This document shows, piece after piece, positions 50,370 through 60,527 of a DNA stretch of 64,000 bases (the stretch's first letter is position 1; each line of letters starts with the position of its first letter). The translations under genes and the position numbers were made by a program. Under the pieces are notes generated by a model that saw nothing but the letters and a program-made list of their open reading frames with translations, searched no databases and had not been told where the DNA came from. The stretch spans positions 69,563 to 133,562 of the forward strand of contig DATJPG010000072.1 of the NCBI GenBank assembly GCA_035506515.1, in the 5' to 3' direction. This DNA is from Acidobacteriota bacterium. Lineage in GTDB: Bacteria; Acidobacteriota; UBA6911.

Positions 50370-50473
50370 TGATGCCGTGCGAATTGAGGCTGATTCCAGA
50401 TACCGAACTCCAGGCCGGTTTTTTGCCTGGAATCCGGTATCTGAATACTGTTTGAATCGCTAAACTTTCCCGA

Positions 50474-52405
50474 TTATTCGTTCTTGTCCATATCGACGTA
50501 TTCCGCGTCGATGACTTCATCTTCCTTTTTACCGGAATCCTGCTTCCCACCTCCACCGGAGGAGCCTTGTTCCCCTCCGGGTTCTCCGTGCGAATGCTGC
50601 CCCGCAGTTTTCTGATACATAATCTCGGCAATCCGATGCGAAGCTTTTGTCAATTCCTCGATCGCGGCATTCAGTTCGCTCGCTTCAGAAGAGCTTTCCA
50701 GGACCTTTTTCGCATTCGACAGAGCCGTGTCGAGAGAAGTGGCATCCCCTTCCGATATCTTATCCCGATTTTCCTTCAGGATTTTTTCCGTTTGGTAGAT
50801 CATGCCGTCCAGCCTGTTCTTGGCTTCGATCCTGTCGCGGTTCTTCTGGTCTTCATCCGCGTGGGCCTGGGCATCCTTCGTCATCTTGTCGATTTCATCC
50901 TTATTGAGTCCGCTCGACGCCGTAATCGTGATCTTCTGCTCCTTGCTGGTTGCAAGATCCTTCGCCGATACGTTCACGATACCGTTTGCGTCGATATCGA
51001 ACGTCACCTCGATCTGGGGCACTCCGCGTGGAGCTGCAGGAATTCCAACCAGATGGAATTTGCCCAGCGTTCTGTTATCCCTGGCCATGCTCCGTTCGCC
51101 TTGCAGAACATGGATTTCAACAGACGTCTGATTGTCGGCGGCCGTTGAAAAAATTTCCGATTTCCTGGTGGGGATCGTCGTGTTTCTTTCAATGAGTTTT
51201 GTGGAGACTCCGCCCAGAGTCTCGATGCCAAGAGACAGCGGAGTCACATCCAGGAGGAGCAGGTCCTTCACGTCGCCCGCAAGTACGCCCGCCTGAACTG
51301 CGGCGCCCACGGCGACCACTTCGTCCGGGTTGACGCCCTTGTGAGGTTCCTTGTTGAAATATTCCCGCACGAGCTGCTGCACGCGTGGAATCCGCGTCGA
51401 TCCACCGACCAGAACGACTTCATCGATGTCACCAGGCTTTAGACCGGCATCCGAAAGCGCTTGTTTCAGCGGCGGAATGGATCTCTGCAGAATATCCTCC
51501 ACCATCTGTTCGAACTTGGAACGGCTCAGTCTCATATTCAGATGCTTGGGGCCGGAGGCGTCCGCTGTAATAAAGGGGAGATTGATCTCGCTTTCCATCA
51601 CGGTCGACAACTCCATTTTGGCCTTTTCCGCCGCTTCCCGGAGCCTCTGCAACGCCATTTTGTCTTTGGAGAGATCGATTCCCTGGTCCTTCTTGAACTC
51701 CTCGATAATCCAATCCATCAATCGCTGGTCAATGTTGTCACCGCCGAGATGGGTGTCCCCGTTGGTCGATTTGACCTCGACGACGCCCTCTCCGACTTCC
51801 AGAATCGAGATATCGAAAGTGCCGCCACCGAAGTCATACACAGCGATAGTTTCGTCCTTCTTTTTGTCCAACCCGTATGCCAGGGCGGCGGCAGTCGGCT
51901 CGTTCACGATTCGAACAACTTCCATTCCCGCAATCTTGCCGGCGTCCTTCGTGGCCTGTCGTTGGCTGTCATTAAAATAGGCGGGCACAGTGATCACGGC
52001 CTTCTCCACCTTTTCGCCGAGATATTCCTCCGCCGCCTGCCGCATTTTCTGCAGAATCATCGCGGATATCTCCGGTGGCGTGTACGTTTTGTCGCCCATC
52101 TTGACCTGGGCGTCGCTATTGGGTCCGGATACGACCTTGTAGGGAACCAGCTTCTGTTCCTCAGCCACTTCAGCGAGTTTCCGCCCCATGAACCTCTTGA
52201 TCGAAAAGATCGTGTTTTCGGGGTTTGTAACTGCCTGTCGTTTGGCGACCTGACCTACAAAACGCTCACTATTCTTGCCCATTGCCACCACAGAGGGCGT
52301 GAGCCTGCTTCCTTCCGGGTTTGTGATGACCTTCGGCTCTCCACCCTCCATCACAGCTACTACGGAGTTTGTCGTGCCTAAGTCTATGCCGATAATCTTG
52401 CTCAT
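50474..52405 (-). CDS. dnaK: Chaperone DnaK (Hsp70)
   Basis: [18 protein letters not shown] and [10 protein letters not shown] motifs. An acidic C-terminus. A GGAGG RBS. Confidence 0.95.
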   Translation of the reverse strand: MSKIIGIDLGTTNSVVAVMEGGEPKVITNPEGSRLTPSVVAMGKNSERFVGQVAKRQAVTNPENTIFSIKRFMGRKLAEVAEEQKLVPYKVVSGPNSDAQVKMGDKTYTPPEISAMILQKMRQAAEEYLGEKVEKAVITVPAYFNDSQRQATKDAGKIAGMEVVRIVNEPTAAALAYGLDKKKDETIAVYDFGGGTFDISILEVGEGVVEVKSTNGDTHLGGDNIDQRLMDWIIEEFKKDQGIDLSKDKMALQRLREAAEKAKMELSTVMESEINLPFITADASGPKHLNMRLSRSKFEQMVEDILQRSIPPLKQALSDAGLKPGDIDEVVLVGGSTRIPRVQQLVREYFNKEPHKGVNPDEVVAVGAAVQAGVLAGDVKDLLLLDVTPLSLGIETLGGVSTKLIERNTTIPTRKSEIFSTAADNQTSVEIHVLQGERSMARDNRTLGKFHLVGIPAAPRGVPQIEVTFDIDANGIVNVSAKDLATSKEQKITITASSGLNKDEIDKMTKDAQAHADEDQKNRDRIEAKNRLDGMIYQTEKILKENRDKISEGDATSLDTALSNAKKVLESSSEASELNAAIEELTKASHRIAEIMYQKTAGQHSHGEPGGEQGSSGGGGKQDSGKKEDEVIDAEYVDMDKNE

Positions 52406-52483
52406 TTATTTCCTCCTTCAGGGGTCGTATCTTTCTATCCGTTTCAAATCAAGCATTATAGCCATATTTTTTAGCGCGAATCT

Positions 52484-52512
52484 TATATAAAATCTGAGTC
52501 GGTTACTGTCAA
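52484..52512 (-). promoter_or_regulatory. Sigma-70-like promoter of the dnaK operon: TTGACA-N17-TATATA
   Basis: On the dnaK-sense strand: gaacaTTGACAgtaaccgactcagatttTATATAag, about 75 nt upstream of the dnaK ATG. A second TATAAT (tggcTATAATg) lies 30 nt downstream. Confidence 0.45.
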
Positions 52513-52676
52513 TGTTCCCGGACCTTTTGCTGAAAGAAAAGTTGCTGCAATCAACTGAATTCGGGGGCCATCGCTGTAAAGGTGGGCATCGCAATCGCTG
52601 TCTGTAACCGATTCCCCGCTTCCATGGGGAATCGCGGATGCCACGATGCAAGAGTTTGTGTTATTATGTCCTAGCT

Positions 52677-53321
52677 ATGAAAAGATGGCTTTTAATTCTC
52701 CTGATTGCTTCGGGCGTGGCGCTTCTGGCTGCTTCCGATTACAAAATACGGACGGTTAAGGTTCTTCCTTTTGAGTCCTATCCGGCGCGAGTAACGGTGG
52801 GTGGCGTTACGATTGCCGCAGACCCTTACGATACGGATGAAAAATCATATAAAGCCTTTTACGTCAAAACTATGAATTCGCAGGGCTATTACCCTGTGCA
52901 CGTCATTATTCAAAATACATCCCAATACTTCCTATTGGTCCGCACACGCAATGTCGTGTTGATTACCGAATCCGCACAGCAGCTGTTCACGATCCCTGCG
53001 GCGGTGGTAGCAGGCGAATTGTTCAAGGGCACAAGCCTCGACAAACTGTCCGATGCTGCCCGCGTGGCACCCGCATCGCGCAAGTTTGGCACTCCTCTCG
53101 CGGATTTCACTGAAAAGGATTTGACCAACAAGCTTCTGGAGCCGGGGAAAGTTTCCGATGGATTCATTTTCTTCTTCAATCCGGATCCCAAGAAGAATCT
53201 CTTCGCTGGCAGCACGCTATTTATTCCCAAACTCGAAGAGGAAGGCACGCACAAATCGATCGGCCCTTTTTCGATCCCTTTGAACCCTGCCCTGGCCCCG
53301 GCTCAACCGGATGCAAAGTAG
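52677..53321 (+). CDS. Hypothetical secreted or lipo-protein
   Basis: Signal peptide MKRWLLILLIASGVALLAAS. Beta-rich. No known domain. The track start at 52638 is probably an extension. Confidence 0.5.
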   Translation: MKRWLLILLIASGVALLAASDYKIRTVKVLPFESYPARVTVGGVTIAADPYDTDEKSYKAFYVKTMNSQGYYPVHVIIQNTSQYFLLVRTRNVVLITESAQQLFTIPAAVVAGELFKGTSLDKLSDAARVAPASRKFGTPLADFTEKDLTNKLLEPGKVSDGFIFFFNPDPKKNLFAGSTLFIPKLEEEGTHKSIGPFSIPLNPALAPAQPDAK

Positions 53322-53357
53322 CAAATATTCCACGATCCCCCGGCTTTTGCGCAAACC

Positions 53358-54545
53358 ATGATCGATGCAACGGGATTGGCTGCTTTTTTTTATCAGGTGT
53401 ACGGCCGTACGCCGCGGATTTTTTACGCGCCTGGAAGAGTAAACCTGATCGGGGAGCACACAGACTATAACAATGGCTTTGTCCTGCCAATGGCCATCAA
53501 CCGCGGCACTGCGGTCGGCATCGCACCCCGCACCGACCTAAAGTTGTGCGTGATGTCGATTAATCTGGATGAAACCATTCAGCTGGATCTCGACGATCTC
53601 GGCATGGGATGCAGCGGCCGATGGGTCGATTACGTGGCAGGCATCGCCTCTGCCCTCAGGGATCGAGGAATCCGCCTATCCGGAGCGGATGTTGCCCTGC
53701 AAAGCGATGTGTCTCTCGGAGGCGGACTCTCCTCATCGGCTGCCCTGGAGATTGCACTCGGGACTGCGCTCGTCGCCGTGTCCGAAGGTTTCCTCGACAA
53801 ACGATCCCTTGCGTTCGCGGGACAGGCGGCAGAGCACCGGCATGTGGGCATCCGCTGCGGAATAATGGATCAGTACGCTTCGGTTTTTGCCAGGAAAGAT
53901 CATGCCGTTCTGCTGGATTGCCGTTCCCTGGAGGTGAAGAGCATCCCTTTGCGACTGCGGGAATATTGCATCGTGATCTGCGACAGCCGCGTTCGCCATT
54001 CGCTGGCTTCTTCGGAATACAACAAACGGCGCAGCGATTGCGAGTTGGGAGCGAAATTGTTAAGCGGTGTTCTCCCCGGAGTAAGAGCGCTTCGCGACAT
54101 AGCCAAATCCGATCTTGAACTCCATCAGGGGCTTCTGCCTTCGCACGTATTGCGCCGTTGCCGCCATGTCGTAGAAGAAAACGCCCGGACGCTGAAGGCT
54201 GCGGAAGCTTTATCCAGCGGCGACATCAGCACGATGGGACGGTTGATGTGCGATTCCCACGCATCCTTGAGGGACGACTATCAGGTCAGCTGCCGCGAGC
54301 TGGATATTCTGGTGGACAGCGCAATGGCCCAGCCTGGCGTTTTGGGCGCGCGCATGACGGGAGGCGGTTTTGGCGGGTGCACGGTAAATCTTGTAGCCGG
54401 GAATAAACTCGAGGCGTTCAGCGAAAACGTGACTCGCGCGTATCTGAAACAGATTCAGATCAATCCGGAGATTTTTGTGGCAGAGGCGAGCGACGGGGCC
54501 CGGGAAATTCCATTCTCCGGCCCCCCTTTCGGCGATCGCTCGTAG
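53358..54545 (+). CDS. galK: Galactokinase
   Basis: GRVNLIGEHTDYN galactokinase signature and the GHMP-kinase motif PLGGGLSSSAALE. Confidence 0.85.
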   Translation: MIDATGLAAFFYQVYGRTPRIFYAPGRVNLIGEHTDYNNGFVLPMAINRGTAVGIAPRTDLKLCVMSINLDETIQLDLDDLGMGCSGRWVDYVAGIASALRDRGIRLSGADVALQSDVSLGGGLSSSAALEIALGTALVAVSEGFLDKRSLAFAGQAAEHRHVGIRCGIMDQYASVFARKDHAVLLDCRSLEVKSIPLRLREYCIVICDSRVRHSLASSEYNKRRSDCELGAKLLSGVLPGVRALRDIAKSDLELHQGLLPSHVLRRCRHVVEENARTLKAAEALSSGDISTMGRLMCDSHASLRDDYQVSCRELDILVDSAMAQPGVLGARMTGGGFGGCTVNLVAGNKLEAFSENVTRAYLKQIQINPEIFVAEASDGAREIPFSGPPFGDRS

Positions 54546-54566
54546 TCCGGTATTTCCGGCGTGCGG

Positions 54567-55175
54567 CTATTTGCGCTTGATTCTGTAAACGTCCGCATAG
54601 ACGCGCCGCAGCGGCGCCACGCAGTATTGGTGGATTAATTCCATAAAATTAGGCGGTTCGGCAATAAGCTCATCGAGATATTCTTCCTCGATCCCGAAAG
54701 AAAGCCGCACGATATCCGCCTTTCCCTCTCTCGTTTCCAGCGTAATGCTGCCGTTTAAATCCTCGGGAAGGTGGAAAATATCGCAGTTTCGGACTTTTCT
54801 TAACTTCTTGAATCCCTCGATCGGCTTGTCCTTGTTCGAATGATAATAGGTCGCCAACCGGCGCACGAGTTCGCCGTAGTTAAAGTTCGGGACTTTATTA
54901 TTGACGCTCGCCTCCAGGACACAGGATTCGCCCTCGGACGTAAAGCTCAAACCATACGTAAAATCGAGGTCGCGCTTGTTGAACTTGATCCTATGCCCGT
55001 TTTCATCATGAAAACGCTTCAGCTCCTCTGGAGCGTCGATGCCGGAATTTTCGGCCTTCTTCTCAGAGGTGATGTAGTAATCGCTGACGCTTAAGTACCA
55101 CTGATCGATAATGGCCTCGAGCAATTTGTCGATCAGCGCTGCAGTTTTTGGGGAAGTTCTCCGCTTTCCAGGCAA
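54567..55175 (-). CDS. Hypothetical Lys/Glu/Asn-rich protein of atypical (lower-GC) composition next to tRNA-Ala
   Basis: The track ORF (to 55409) runs through the antisense of tRNA-Ala (MGGSNPRPPHCERGALPAEL is the tRNA read backwards). A plausible start is the TTG at 55175 preceded by a GAGGA RBS. The start is uncertain. No known domain. Confidence 0.4.
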   Translation of the reverse strand: MPGKRRTSPKTAALIDKLLEAIIDQWYLSVSDYYITSEKKAENSGIDAPEELKRFHDENGHRIKFNKRDLDFTYGLSFTSEGESCVLEASVNNKVPNFNYGELVRRLATYYHSNKDKPIEGFKKLRKVRNCDIFHLPEDLNGSITLETREGKADIVRLSFGIEEEYLDELIAEPPNFMELIHQYCVAPLRRVYADVYRIKRK

Positions 55176-55342
55176 TCTTCTAATCCTCAATAAGGTTAAA
55201 CAAAACAGAAGACTGAGACATATTGGAGATCTTAGTATAGCACGGAGTTTTTCGATTGTGGCAACGGATCCGCGGATTTTGCCAGAATTGATTGACAGGC
55301 TTCTGGCCATCGGGGATAATTCGATCCCGTTACGCTGACTGT

Positions 55343-55418
<76 letters not shown>

Positions 55419-55427
55419 ACCCCGCCC

Positions 55428-56021
55428 TTATTTCTTCTGCTGTATCACAGGAATCGAATATACGAACACGGCATAGATGTGGGATGCTTTTTGGACACCC
55501 TGCGCGTCCACTGCAGGAGTAAATGTCCATTCGCGAACCGCCTGCGTGCTGACATCGGTAAAGCCACCAGTCGCTTTGATCGGGCGGATCTCCGAAATTC
55601 TTCCGTCGGCATCCACTTCGACCCTGAGGACGACACTACCCTGCGTAAAGGCCTGAGCCGGATATGCCGGTCCGACAATATGTTTTGGACACGGTGCGGA
55701 CCGGTCGGCCCCTGCGCACGATATATCTTCGCTATTATTCCCCACGCTGTAGAGAGTCGGCTGGCGAAAGTATACGACAACGAGATCTGCACTCTCCTTT
55801 TCAGAATCCAGGCTCCAATTCTGAAGCGCAGCTTTGCTGGAGCTGACGAACGGCTCCTCTCCGGAAAGGACGCGAACTTCCGTTCGGCCGCCCGAAATAG
55901 AATGCAGTTCCGCGATGACCAGTCCGCCGGAAATAGAATTGACCGGATACGCGGGCTCCGTAATTCCATCTGAGCTGAACATGAACAGCATCATGAGCAG
56001 ATTCAGAAGATTCATATCCAT
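55428..56021 (-). CDS. Periplasmic protein with two tandem TonB C-terminal-like domains
   Basis: Signal-like N-terminus. Two ~85-aa units with a TonB_C pattern (AYPxxA...G.V.L.V.VD..G.V..........G....AV..W.F.P). No proline-rich spacer or TM anchor. Confidence 0.55.
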   Translation of the reverse strand: MDMNLLNLLMMLFMFSSDGITEPAYPVNSISGGLVIAELHSISGGRTEVRVLSGEEPFVSSSKAALQNWSLDSEKESADLVVVYFRQPTLYSVGNNSEDISCAGADRSAPCPKHIVGPAYPAQAFTQGSVVLRVEVDADGRISEIRPIKATGGFTDVSTQAVREWTFTPAVDAQGVQKASHIYAVFVYSIPVIQQKK

Positions 56022-56205
56022 AGCGTATCCTCGCTTTCCCTCGAGTTCAAGTCCCTGCATAAGCCTTCGTGTTTTGGACCCGGATCTGATGCCCTATGCA
56101 CGGCGTCATCAGTTATTGCGCGCAGGTTGAAAACTAAGCACCTGGAGAAAGCCGCGGATTTCCCGGATTACTCCAAAGGGAAAAGGCCGGTTAATTGTTT
56201 TCTGG

Positions 56206-57699
56206 TTATAAACGACGGATGACGGGAGTGCTTTCGGCTTTCTGAATAGTCGTTACATCCGGCAGTAGCACGGCCTGGAGAGCATGAACGGCGCTGAATA
56301 AATCCGATCTCACCTCTTCATCGCACTCCAGGCAGAGCTGCTCTTTCAATGCCTGCAGGGATTCCGCCGAACGAATGGATGCAAGCGCATGAACGGCGGC
56401 CTGTCGCACCGAGGCCACTTCGTGATTCAGATAATTCTGTATGAATTTGATTGCCCGCTGCTTTCCCGTCCGCGCAAGCGGGAGCAACCCGGTGATCGCG
56501 CTTTCCGGATGCTCCGTAATGAATTCCCGAATGGGGAGATAAGCCTCATCGGCTCCGATCTTTCCCAAAGCCTCGATCGCGCACTCCGTATGAATGGAAT
56601 TTTTGAGGTCGCTCAGGATCAGCGTCGTCGCGGCCTCGATCTTCAATTCACCGAGCACGCGAATCAATCCCCATCGCACACGATCCCCTTCCTCCGGAAA
56701 CAGTTTGACGATCGTCTTTGCCTCAGAAGGCAAAATCCTGTCCACCATTTCCCTGACCACGGTAAGCCTCTCCCGAGTCGTTCCCCTGCGCAGAATATCG
56801 AACCAGGATTCGATGCGATCGCTCTTGATCGGAGGCATGGGGGCAGGATCCCCTATCGCAAAGGTTTTCTTTGTCGGATCGATGACGGGATTCAGCGTCC
56901 GTATTCCCGGAAGCGGCTGTTCGGAGCATTTTTCGAGTTCCAACTGCAAATAGCCGGCATGCTCGAATCGCTCTTCGGCATCTGTTGCCAGGCATTTATC
57001 CAGGACAGACTGAAGGAAAACCGGAAATCCCTCATCCACATCCGCCGGCCTGGGAAAATTACCCAGCGGCGGAAAACCCATCAGCATCTCGTAGAGAACG
57101 GCTCCCAGGGCATATACATCGGCCCTCCGGTTTACCTTGCCGGCGCTGAACCTCTGCTCGGGCGCCAGATACGCGATGGCACCCATTATTTCGCCCGACT
57201 GTGTGAGCGTATTTTTTTCAAAATTCAGGTCCTTGCCTATCCCAAAATCGGAAACAATCGACTCTGCCTGCTGGCTAAAAAGGATATTGGATGGCTTGAG
57301 GTGTCCGTGAATCACTCCGCATTCGTGCGCATATGCCATCGCGGCGCACACGGGAAGCATGCGGGCAATCGCCGTTTCCGCTGGAATTCGGCCGTGCCCG
57401 ATGCGTCGCCGGAGATTTCCGCCGGGCATATATTCCATGGAAAAGAAATAGCATTCGTCCAGCATTCCATAATCGAGTATCCGGATGATGCCCGGATGCG
57501 ACAGACTGCGAATCATATCCACTTGACGCATGAAGCGGGCATAGGTGGATGGCCCGATGGAAGGGCATCGGCCCCATATTTTGTAGGCCCGTCTCTCCCG
57601 GGTTTTTGGATTGATGCCGAGATACACCTCGGACAGCCCACCGGCCCCGATCCGCTCCATGAGATAAAAACCTTCGATCTTCTTCCGCAGCATGCTCAT
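56206..57699 (-). CDS. Hanks-type Ser/Thr protein kinase with C-terminal HEAT/PBS-lyase repeats
   Basis: Kinase subdomains (GAGGLSEVY, AYK, HGHLKPSNILF, DFGIGK, APE). The C-terminal ~170 aa have HEAT-like repeats (RWGLIRVLGELK..., ECAIEALGKIGADEA..., VRQAAVHALASI). Confidence 0.85.
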   Translation of the reverse strand: MSMLRKKIEGFYLMERIGAGGLSEVYLGINPKTRERRAYKIWGRCPSIGPSTYARFMRQVDMIRSLSHPGIIRILDYGMLDECYFFSMEYMPGGNLRRRIGHGRIPAETAIARMLPVCAAMAYAHECGVIHGHLKPSNILFSQQAESIVSDFGIGKDLNFEKNTLTQSGEIMGAIAYLAPEQRFSAGKVNRRADVYALGAVLYEMLMGFPPLGNFPRPADVDEGFPVFLQSVLDKCLATDAEERFEHAGYLQLELEKCSEQPLPGIRTLNPVIDPTKKTFAIGDPAPMPPIKSDRIESWFDILRRGTTRERLTVVREMVDRILPSEAKTIVKLFPEEGDRVRWGLIRVLGELKIEAATTLILSDLKNSIHTECAIEALGKIGADEAYLPIREFITEHPESAITGLLPLARTGKQRAIKFIQNYLNHEVASVRQAAVHALASIRSAESLQALKEQLCLECDEEVRSDLFSAVHALQAVLLPDVTTIQKAESTPVIRRL

Positions 57700-57796
57700 C
57701 CATCACCAGATCGCAGATGCGTGCCCTACTCTGCGTTCCTATCCAAATCTCTGTGCCGCCACGCCGAATCTGTCCTGTCGGCCGGAGGCAATCCAG

Positions 57797-58651
57797 TTAA
57801 TTAAGAGACACCGCGCGAAACCGAGTTCGATGGGGTATCAAAAAAACATCCTGGCTCACGATATCGCGCACAGCGGCCATATCGTGCACCCTTGTGCTTG
57901 TCGAACCGGATTGCCTCGAAATGCTGAATACGAGGAGGCGGTTTTCGGCAACATAGCGCAGACGCGAGATGATCTCGATAGGCACATGCCGGAAAACGGC
58001 AAGCAGCTCCGCTCGCTCGGCCGGTATCCCTTTCAGCACCTCCGCCTCGCGCAGGAAGCTTCTGTATTCGGCGTCCTTCAAGGTCTCCATCCGGATGCTT
58101 TTTCTGGTGTGCGGCAGCAGCGATATTTTGTATTGCGCCGTCGGGATCGAGGCATTCTGTATCAGAAATCGATCTCCATCTCTTGCCTGATTTGCTCGGC
58201 CCCAAAATTCTTCCATCGAATGCACGCGGCCGGATTTTAAACTCATCGCAAAAGCGCGCGAGAGGGTTTGGAAGGACATTCGGAACTCCCGTGCGCATGT
58301 GCGGCTTTCGCCGGGCAGGGTCAAATCAAGTATCCTGGCTCCCTCGAGAAGCTCGCTCTCCCGGATATTCCCACCGTTTTTTCCAAAATCCTTTATCGCA
58401 CTCGGCGCGCAGTCTGTCGTGTTCGCGAGTGACTCAAGCCCATCTCTTACGGTTGCGGCAGCGGGTTCGAGTGCGTCATCAAGGCACAATGCGCTTGTCT
58501 GGAGTGCCAGGGATTCTCCCTTCACCGAGCCCAATGCGGGTCTGGCGTGCAGTTCCTGGGCAAGCTTTTCCCGGAAACCGCGCATAAGCCCTGCGCTTGG
58601 AGACCGGCTTCCTCCATCAAGCCAGCGCTTCAGTTCTTCCCTTCTCCGCAT
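57797..58651 (-). CDS. Hypothetical protein (284 aa), no recognised domain; upstream partner of the HEAT-kinase
   Basis: Coding-like composition. Overlaps the upstream 190-aa gene by 22 bp and lies 97 bp upstream of the kinase on the same strand. Confidence 0.5.
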   Translation of the reverse strand: MRRREELKRWLDGGSRSPSAGLMRGFREKLAQELHARPALGSVKGESLALQTSALCLDDALEPAAATVRDGLESLANTTDCAPSAIKDFGKNGGNIRESELLEGARILDLTLPGESRTCAREFRMSFQTLSRAFAMSLKSGRVHSMEEFWGRANQARDGDRFLIQNASIPTAQYKISLLPHTRKSIRMETLKDAEYRSFLREAEVLKGIPAERAELLAVFRHVPIEIISRLRYVAENRLLVFSISRQSGSTSTRVHDMAAVRDIVSQDVFLIPHRTRFRAVSLN

Positions 58652-59202
58652 ATGCTGGTCAAGGCAGTGGTTATTCTATCCAGTGGTTCGAGCACGTCCA
58701 TTGTGCGGGCTATTTCAGTTAGCCAGGCAGCGAAACTCCGCTGCATCGTTTCATCGGGTGTCGAAAATGCCAGGCGCAGGAAGACAGCCTCATCTTCCAA
58801 TTGTATGATGGCTTCCCGTTCGCGTATCCGAGTGAATGCGCCTGTGATTTCTTCCGGAGGAAAGCTGCATTTCTGAACAGCGACCATCTCTCTGTCCGTC
58901 ACAGGACCGAGAAATTCCTTCTCGTCATAATTGGTGATGAAATAGTCAGGCATGCCGCGGACTTCCCGCGCCAGCCGTTCCCGGATTACCGTTTCGTGTA
59001 AATATTTTTCAAGGACGGACCCGTATAGAATCTTGTGCAGCCGTGTGGCAACCACGGGGTCGGTATATTTGAATTCGAGCGGCACACCGATCGGATTCGT
59101 AATCAGAATGCCACCCATGTGTTTTTCGCCGATCCTGAGATGGCAGAAGTATCCGACCTGCTTTCGAGATGGAGTTGTGGCCTGTCTTTCCGGAATGCTC
59201 AT
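58630..59202 (-). CDS. Hypothetical protein (190 aa), no recognised domain; first gene of the kinase cassette
   Basis: Soluble. The start is possibly the internal MGGILITNPIGVPLEF (59118). Preceded by repeat copy D. Confidence 0.5.
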   Translation of the reverse strand: MSIPERQATTPSRKQVGYFCHLRIGEKHMGGILITNPIGVPLEFKYTDPVVATRLHKILYGSVLEKYLHETVIRERLAREVRGMPDYFITNYDEKEFLGPVTDREMVAVQKCSFPPEEITGAFTRIREREAIIQLEDEAVFLRLAFSTPDETMQRSFAAWLTEIARTMDVLEPLDRITTALTSICGEGKN

Positions 59203-59321
59203 ACAATTAGCCCTCTACCATTATCGGCGTTCGCGGATGGATTCTTTATGGATAGGCGATGATGCAGAAAAGGCGGGGGGTTAGGTATCCTCCGCCAAAG
59301 CCGGAGGCTCTGGCCCATGAG

Positions 59322-59440
59322 CCAATCAAAGCGGCTTAAGCAGTATTATCGGGGTCGGGTTCGGAATCGGCGTCGCAGTCGAAATCGGAAGCCGAAAAGC
59401 TTAAGCGATACCGAATCCGATTGCGACCCCGATCGACTTG
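59322..59440. repeat. Intergenic imperfect-palindromic repeat, copy D (two arms sharing GCTTAAGC and TCGG units)
   Basis: The left arm gagccaatcaaagcggcttaagcagtattatcggggtcgggttcggaatcgg is about 90% identical to the reverse complement of 9681-9722. The right arm ccgaaaagcttaagcgataccgaatccgattgcgaccccgatcg is its imperfect inverse. Confidence 0.6.
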
Positions 59441-59623
59441 GTGATGCCGGATTGGTTATTTATAGTTCAAGACAAACAAATCGGAAATCCGCCGCGAATG
59501 ACTCCGGCACCTGTCAAACCTTAGCTGCCACCCCGGAAGCCGGGGAATCGGCCCCGACACCCCGCGGTGTGTTTGCCGGGCGGGCGTCGGGGCCTTTGAG
59601 ATTCGACCGCTTTTTGTTTGTAT

Positions 59624-60181
59624 CTACTTCCTCGGCGGCTTTATCCCGAACTCCGCCATGGTTTCCTTGATGAGTTTATCTTCACCGGCCAGGCTTCCTC
59701 CGGTAGATCTATAGGTGACATCCAGCTGCTGCTTGGCTTTAGGCTTAATAATCGGATTGGCCAGGACATAAGCCCGGGCGAACGCCTTCACCGCCTCATC
59801 GGTTTTTTTATCTCTTTTCAGCGCAACGCCGTAAAAAAGATAAGCTTCCGCAAACCTGGATCGAGCCTTTAAGGCCCGTTCGCACAGGTTCTTCATGGCC
59901 GCAAAATTGCCTTGCTGCATCAGCACTTCCAAATCCTTTGCGAACATGCTGTCGGCATAATCGCGAAGCTCCGGCTTCACATCTTTTCTCTCGGTATAGA
60001 ACGTCACCATGCGATCGGCGCGCTTGGCGACATCGGGTATTTTTAAAATGGATTGAACCCGATTATAGTCTTCGTTGTATTTAAAGTCCTCCAGCGTATC
60101 CTGAGCCAGGACGGCCGGGAAAATTGCCGCGCACACAATAAAGGGGATCCAGAATCTGAATAAGCGCATTTTTTTAAGCAT
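59624..60181 (-). CDS. Hypothetical secreted TPR-like protein
   Basis: Signal peptide MRLFRFWIPFIVCAAIFPAVLAQ (start possibly at the internal MRLF). Two or three TPR-like helical hairpins (AEAYLFYGVALKRDKKTDEAVKAFARAY). Confidence 0.5.
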   Translation of the reverse strand: MLKKMRLFRFWIPFIVCAAIFPAVLAQDTLEDFKYNEDYNRVQSILKIPDVAKRADRMVTFYTERKDVKPELRDYADSMFAKDLEVLMQQGNFAAMKNLCERALKARSRFAEAYLFYGVALKRDKKTDEAVKAFARAYVLANPIIKPKAKQQLDVTYRSTGGSLAGEDKLIKETMAEFGIKPPRK

Positions 60182-60246
60182 GAACCCTTCTCCTTGTAGA
60201 ATGCCTATTTACAAATAAGAATCGGAATGTTAAAACCTTGTCTCGC

Positions 60247-60319
60247 GGGCGCCTAGCTCAGCTGGTAGAGCACTGCGATCACACCGCAGGGGTCACAGGT
60301 TCGAGTCCTGTGGCGCCCA
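60247..60319 (+). tRNA. tRNA-Val (anticodon CAC), CCA not encoded
   Basis: Hand fold: acceptor GGGCGCC/GGCGCCC, D-arm GCTC-AGCTGGTA-GAGC, anticodon stem CTGCG/CGCAG with loop ATCACAC, T-arm ACAGG-TTCGAGT-CCTGT, discriminator A. Confidence 0.88.
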
Positions 60320-60527
60320 CTCCGCTTCCCGGGAATCGTTTCACTTCTCCCGTTGCATTTTCCGATTTTTTCTGCATGCACAGTATATTGGTTTCCGAGT
60401 TTTTTTAAAGATTATTTGCAACATTCTTCTTACTTCATCCCAAATTGCAATTAGACTTTTTGAGTCTGTGAGCGCTTTGAGTTATGCTGCTGTAGATCAT
60501 AACGACAGAAGTACGGGGATTTGCAGA

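Noticed and set aside
52406-52640. Search for the HspR operator (HAIR, CTTGAGT-N7-ACTCAAG) or CIRCE upstream of dnaK
   Set aside because: Only weak partial dyads are present (TTGACAGT...ACTCAGA; AGTTG-N7-CAACT). Nothing close enough to consensus to annotate.
55428-59440. Genomic island integrated at the 3' end of tRNA-Ala
   Set aside because: No integrase or transposase, no direct repeat of the tRNA 3' end found by eye, and GC content of the segment is not clearly deviant. The idea is kept only as a low-weight remark inside a finding.
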